From Negaprion brevirostris (lineage: Eukaryota), in assembly GCA_030324005.1 (NCBI GenBank), contig JARDVH010000193.1, forward strand, positions 43,881,328 through 43,945,091: a stretch of 63,764 nucleotides of DNA, in the 5' to 3' direction. This document shows, piece by piece, positions 61,064 through 63,764 of this stretch; the stretch's first letter is position 1; the number at the start of each line of letters is the position of its first letter. The notes under the pieces were generated by a model that was given only the letters and a program-made list of their open reading frames with translations, was not told the origin of the DNA and did no database searches. Both the position numbers and the translations under genes were made by a program.

Positions 61064-61360
61064 ATCATGGATTCCCTACCAAGCAGGATGAGGCCAGTCA
61101 GCCCATCAAGCCTGCACCGACAACAAACCCACCTAGCCCCTATCCCCGTAATCCCATAAATTTACCCTGCTAATCCCCTAAGGGGCAATTTAGCTTGGCC
61201 AGTCCATCTAATCTGCCATCTTTGGAATGTGGGAGGAAACCCACGTGGACATGGGGAGAACGTGCAAACTCCGCACAGTCTGTGACCTGAGGCCAGAATT
61301 GAACCCAGGTCCCTGGTGATGTGAGGCAGCAGTACTAACCACTGTGCCACCGTGCCGCCC
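61064..61360 (-). mobile_element. HE1-like V-SINE, full length
   Basis: Reverse complement of the 13213 and 39668 copies. Confidence 0.9.
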
Positions 61361-61599
61361 ATTGCACCCCTGCTCCTGTCGTTCCTGCCCTCCAACTCTT
61401 CCAGTGCTCAGTTTGCTGCCTTAGACCAGGTGGTCTAAGCAGAGAGAGAACGAGAATCAGATCTCCTTTGTGTGGCTCAGTTCAGCAGTGCGTTTAGCAA
61501 ATGAGTCACTCTGGGCGTTTAAATTTTACCCAGTACTCTGTTATGTATAGTCCCAAATTGTTACACTCCAATGACATCACCAAGAGGCTAAACACAGCC

Positions 61600-61835
61600 C
61601 TTGCCCATCATTGGAATCGTCTTGGTGTCAGTTGAATACCAAACCCAGGTTGACATTCCAGTGCAACATTAAAGGAGGGTTTCATTGTTACAGGTGCTGC
61701 CCTTGTGGCTGAACACCTCTCAGGGCGATGTCACAAATCCCAAGTTGCTATTGAAAGAAGAACAGTGGAATTCTCCACCTGGTTAATGTTTATTTCTCAA
61801 CAACATTGCCAGAAATCAGATCCATTAGTCAACGC
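61600..61835 (+). mobile_element. Deu-domain SINE core, truncated by CR1
   Basis: gacattccagtgca..ggaggg..caggtgctgccc..ctctcagg..aatccca..gctattgaaagaagaacag. Confidence 0.6.
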
Positions 61836-61837
61836 TG

Positions 61838-62036
61838 TTAGAACATAGAACAGTACAACACAGTACAGGCCCTTCGGCCCTCGATGTTGTGCTGAGCTAT
61901 GTCTAAACAAAAGATCAAGCTATCCCACTCCCTATCATTCTGGTGTGCTGCATGTGCCACTCCAATAACCGCTTGAAAGTTCCTAAAGTGTCCGACTCCA
62001 CTATCACAGCAGGCAGTGCATTCCACACCCCAACCA
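61838..62036 (-). mobile_element. CR1 LINE 3' end
   Basis: tagaacatagaacagtacaacacagtacaggcccttcggccc tail; antisense of VWNALPA. Confidence 0.85.
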
Positions 62037-62136
62037 NNNNNNNNNNNNNNNNNNNNNNNNNNNNNNNNNNNNNNNNNNNNNNNNNNNNNNNNNNNNNNNN
62101 NNNNNNNNNNNNNNNNNNNNNNNNNNNNNNNNNNNN

Positions 62137-62210
62137 GTTGGACTAAAACCTGGTGTTGTCAGACTTTTTACTGTGTTTACCCCAGTCCAACGCCGGCACA
62201 TCCACATCAT
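62137..62210 (+). mobile_element. Penelope-like (P1) terminal repeat end
   Basis: gttggactaaaacctggtgttgt..accccagtccaacgccggcacatccacatcat. Confidence 0.85.
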
Positions 62211-63532
62211 AAAGTCTTCAATATCAGAGAACTGAAATTGAACTTTTTGGTTCCACTTTTCAGTTTCTGAATGTTAGAAGTTAAGCAGCTAAAGAACTAT
62301 TTATTATACACAAGTTGATGCTTTGGATGGACAGGAATGTTACTTCACATACTATTATCTGAAGGTACAAAGCGACTAAATAGCTGTGGGCTAATGGCTG
62401 TGGCACAGGTGTTACTGGCCTCTGTATGCATGGTTATTCCTATTAGAAACAGGCTAACCTACCTTCTGATCTTCCTGTCCCATTTGTTTTGTCTCTGAGC
62501 ATCATTTGAGAATGTTCAGCTTATTGATTTGCTTTAATTTCAGTTTGTGAAGCCATTGTTTAGTTTTGGCCCCTCCAAGGAACTGTCTGCATCCTTTCTT
62601 CACTTTCTGAAATGGCTTTAATACTTCCACTTTCTGAAAATGGCTCACGGTCTGGTAGCTTCTGTGATGATTAGAATGGTGTCCCCACCCTGGCTATTAG
62701 CCCATCACTGTTTAGTTACTTTGTACCTTCCAGAAAGTAGTATGTGAAGAAACATTCTTGTCCATCAATAGCATCAACTTGTGCATAATAAACAGTTCTT
62801 TAGCTGCCTAATTTCTAACCTTCAGAAATTGAAAAATGCAGCCTGAAATCTGAGACTTCATTCTGAGATTGTGCAGCCTTAAACATAGTTTTTTTTCACG
62901 TTTGTGGCAATAAATTTCTTGACTTTTGTTGGAAGTATAGTCGGCATGTATATGCAGGAAAAGGGATCTCTTCAGCCTTATAATTAAATTTTGATTCATT
63001 CATGGGATGTGGCAAAGAGCATTTATTACTCTTTCTTAGCTGCTCTTGAGAAAGTAGTACTGAGCCGTCTTTGTGTCAATTGAGTGGCTTGTTAGGCAAC
63101 ATCAGAGGGCAATTACAGTCAATCACATTGCTATGGGCTCAGAGTCACATTTGGACCAGACCAGGTAAGGTCAGCAGATTTCCTCCTTTGCAGGGTGTTA
63201 GGAAGAAGGCTGCGCCTGTTGACTAACAGTGGTGGGGGGGGAGGACATGTCCCACACTGGCTGTCCTTGGAAACTGCAATGGAGGTGATCAGTTACAATT
63301 ACACAAAACTATATCTTGTTACTTTTTCATTCAAGATTTTGTCTGAGTACAAAATCTAGACTATTAACTCCTCCTTGAATCCCCTTTGGATCACTTAGCA
63401 GGTCATTGCATCATCTGTGGAGAAAGATGCAGTGAATATTTCATCTGGTTTGCTTTGTTCTATGTTGTAGTGAGATCTGTCTGACTACAAGGCCCCCAAC
63501 CTTACCCTTTTAACATCCAGGAGGTGGAACCT

Positions 63533-63764
63533 ACTAAGAACGTAAGAACCAGGAGCAGGAGTAAGCCATCTGGTCCCTCGAGGCTGCTCCGCCATTCTAT
63601 AAAATCATGGCTGATCTTTTTGTGGACTCAGCTCCATTTACCCACCCGCTCACCTTAATTTCTTTACTGTTCAAAAATTTATCTATCCTTGCCTTAAAAA
63701 CATGCAGTGAATTAGCCTCAACTGCTTCACTGGGCAGGGAATTCCACAGATTCACAACCCTTTG
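63533..63764 (-). mobile_element. CR1 LINE 3' end, runs off the window
   Basis: taagaacgtaagaaccaggagcaggagtaagccat tail; antisense of RVVNLWNSLP. Confidence 0.88.

Noticed and set aside
1-63764. Prokaryote-type systems (CRISPR, operons, defence islands), rRNA genes, snoRNA/miRNA genes
   Set aside because: The window is eukaryotic intron-rich DNA. I saw no spaced repeat arrays or recognisable RNA genes by eye; an Infernal/Rfam scan would be needed to exclude small intronic RNAs.

Overview
Vertebrate (CpG-depleted, intron-rich) genomic DNA, most likely an elasmobranch, judging by HE1/V-SINE, SacSINE1/Deu-SINE, CR1 and Penelope repeats. The window holds the 5' part of a + strand RIPOR1/FAM65A gene. 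Eleven GT-AG coding exons from ATG 10080 to 58592 splice in frame to 358 codons, and the gene continues past the window end. A candidate upstream coding exon lies at 4421-4511. The introns are filled with decayed retroelements, a decayed Gypsy LTR element with a tRNA-Leu PBS, MITE-like elements and many assembly gaps. The most unusual signal is about nine minimal type I hammerhead-ribozyme-like motifs in the terminal repeats of three different Penelope-like families. All carry lesions; the best-preserved are at 59428-59467 and 47322-47357. One Penelope fragment starts exactly at the predicted cleavage site. Family assignments come from recalled consensus motifs, not database searches, and repeat boundaries are approximate.
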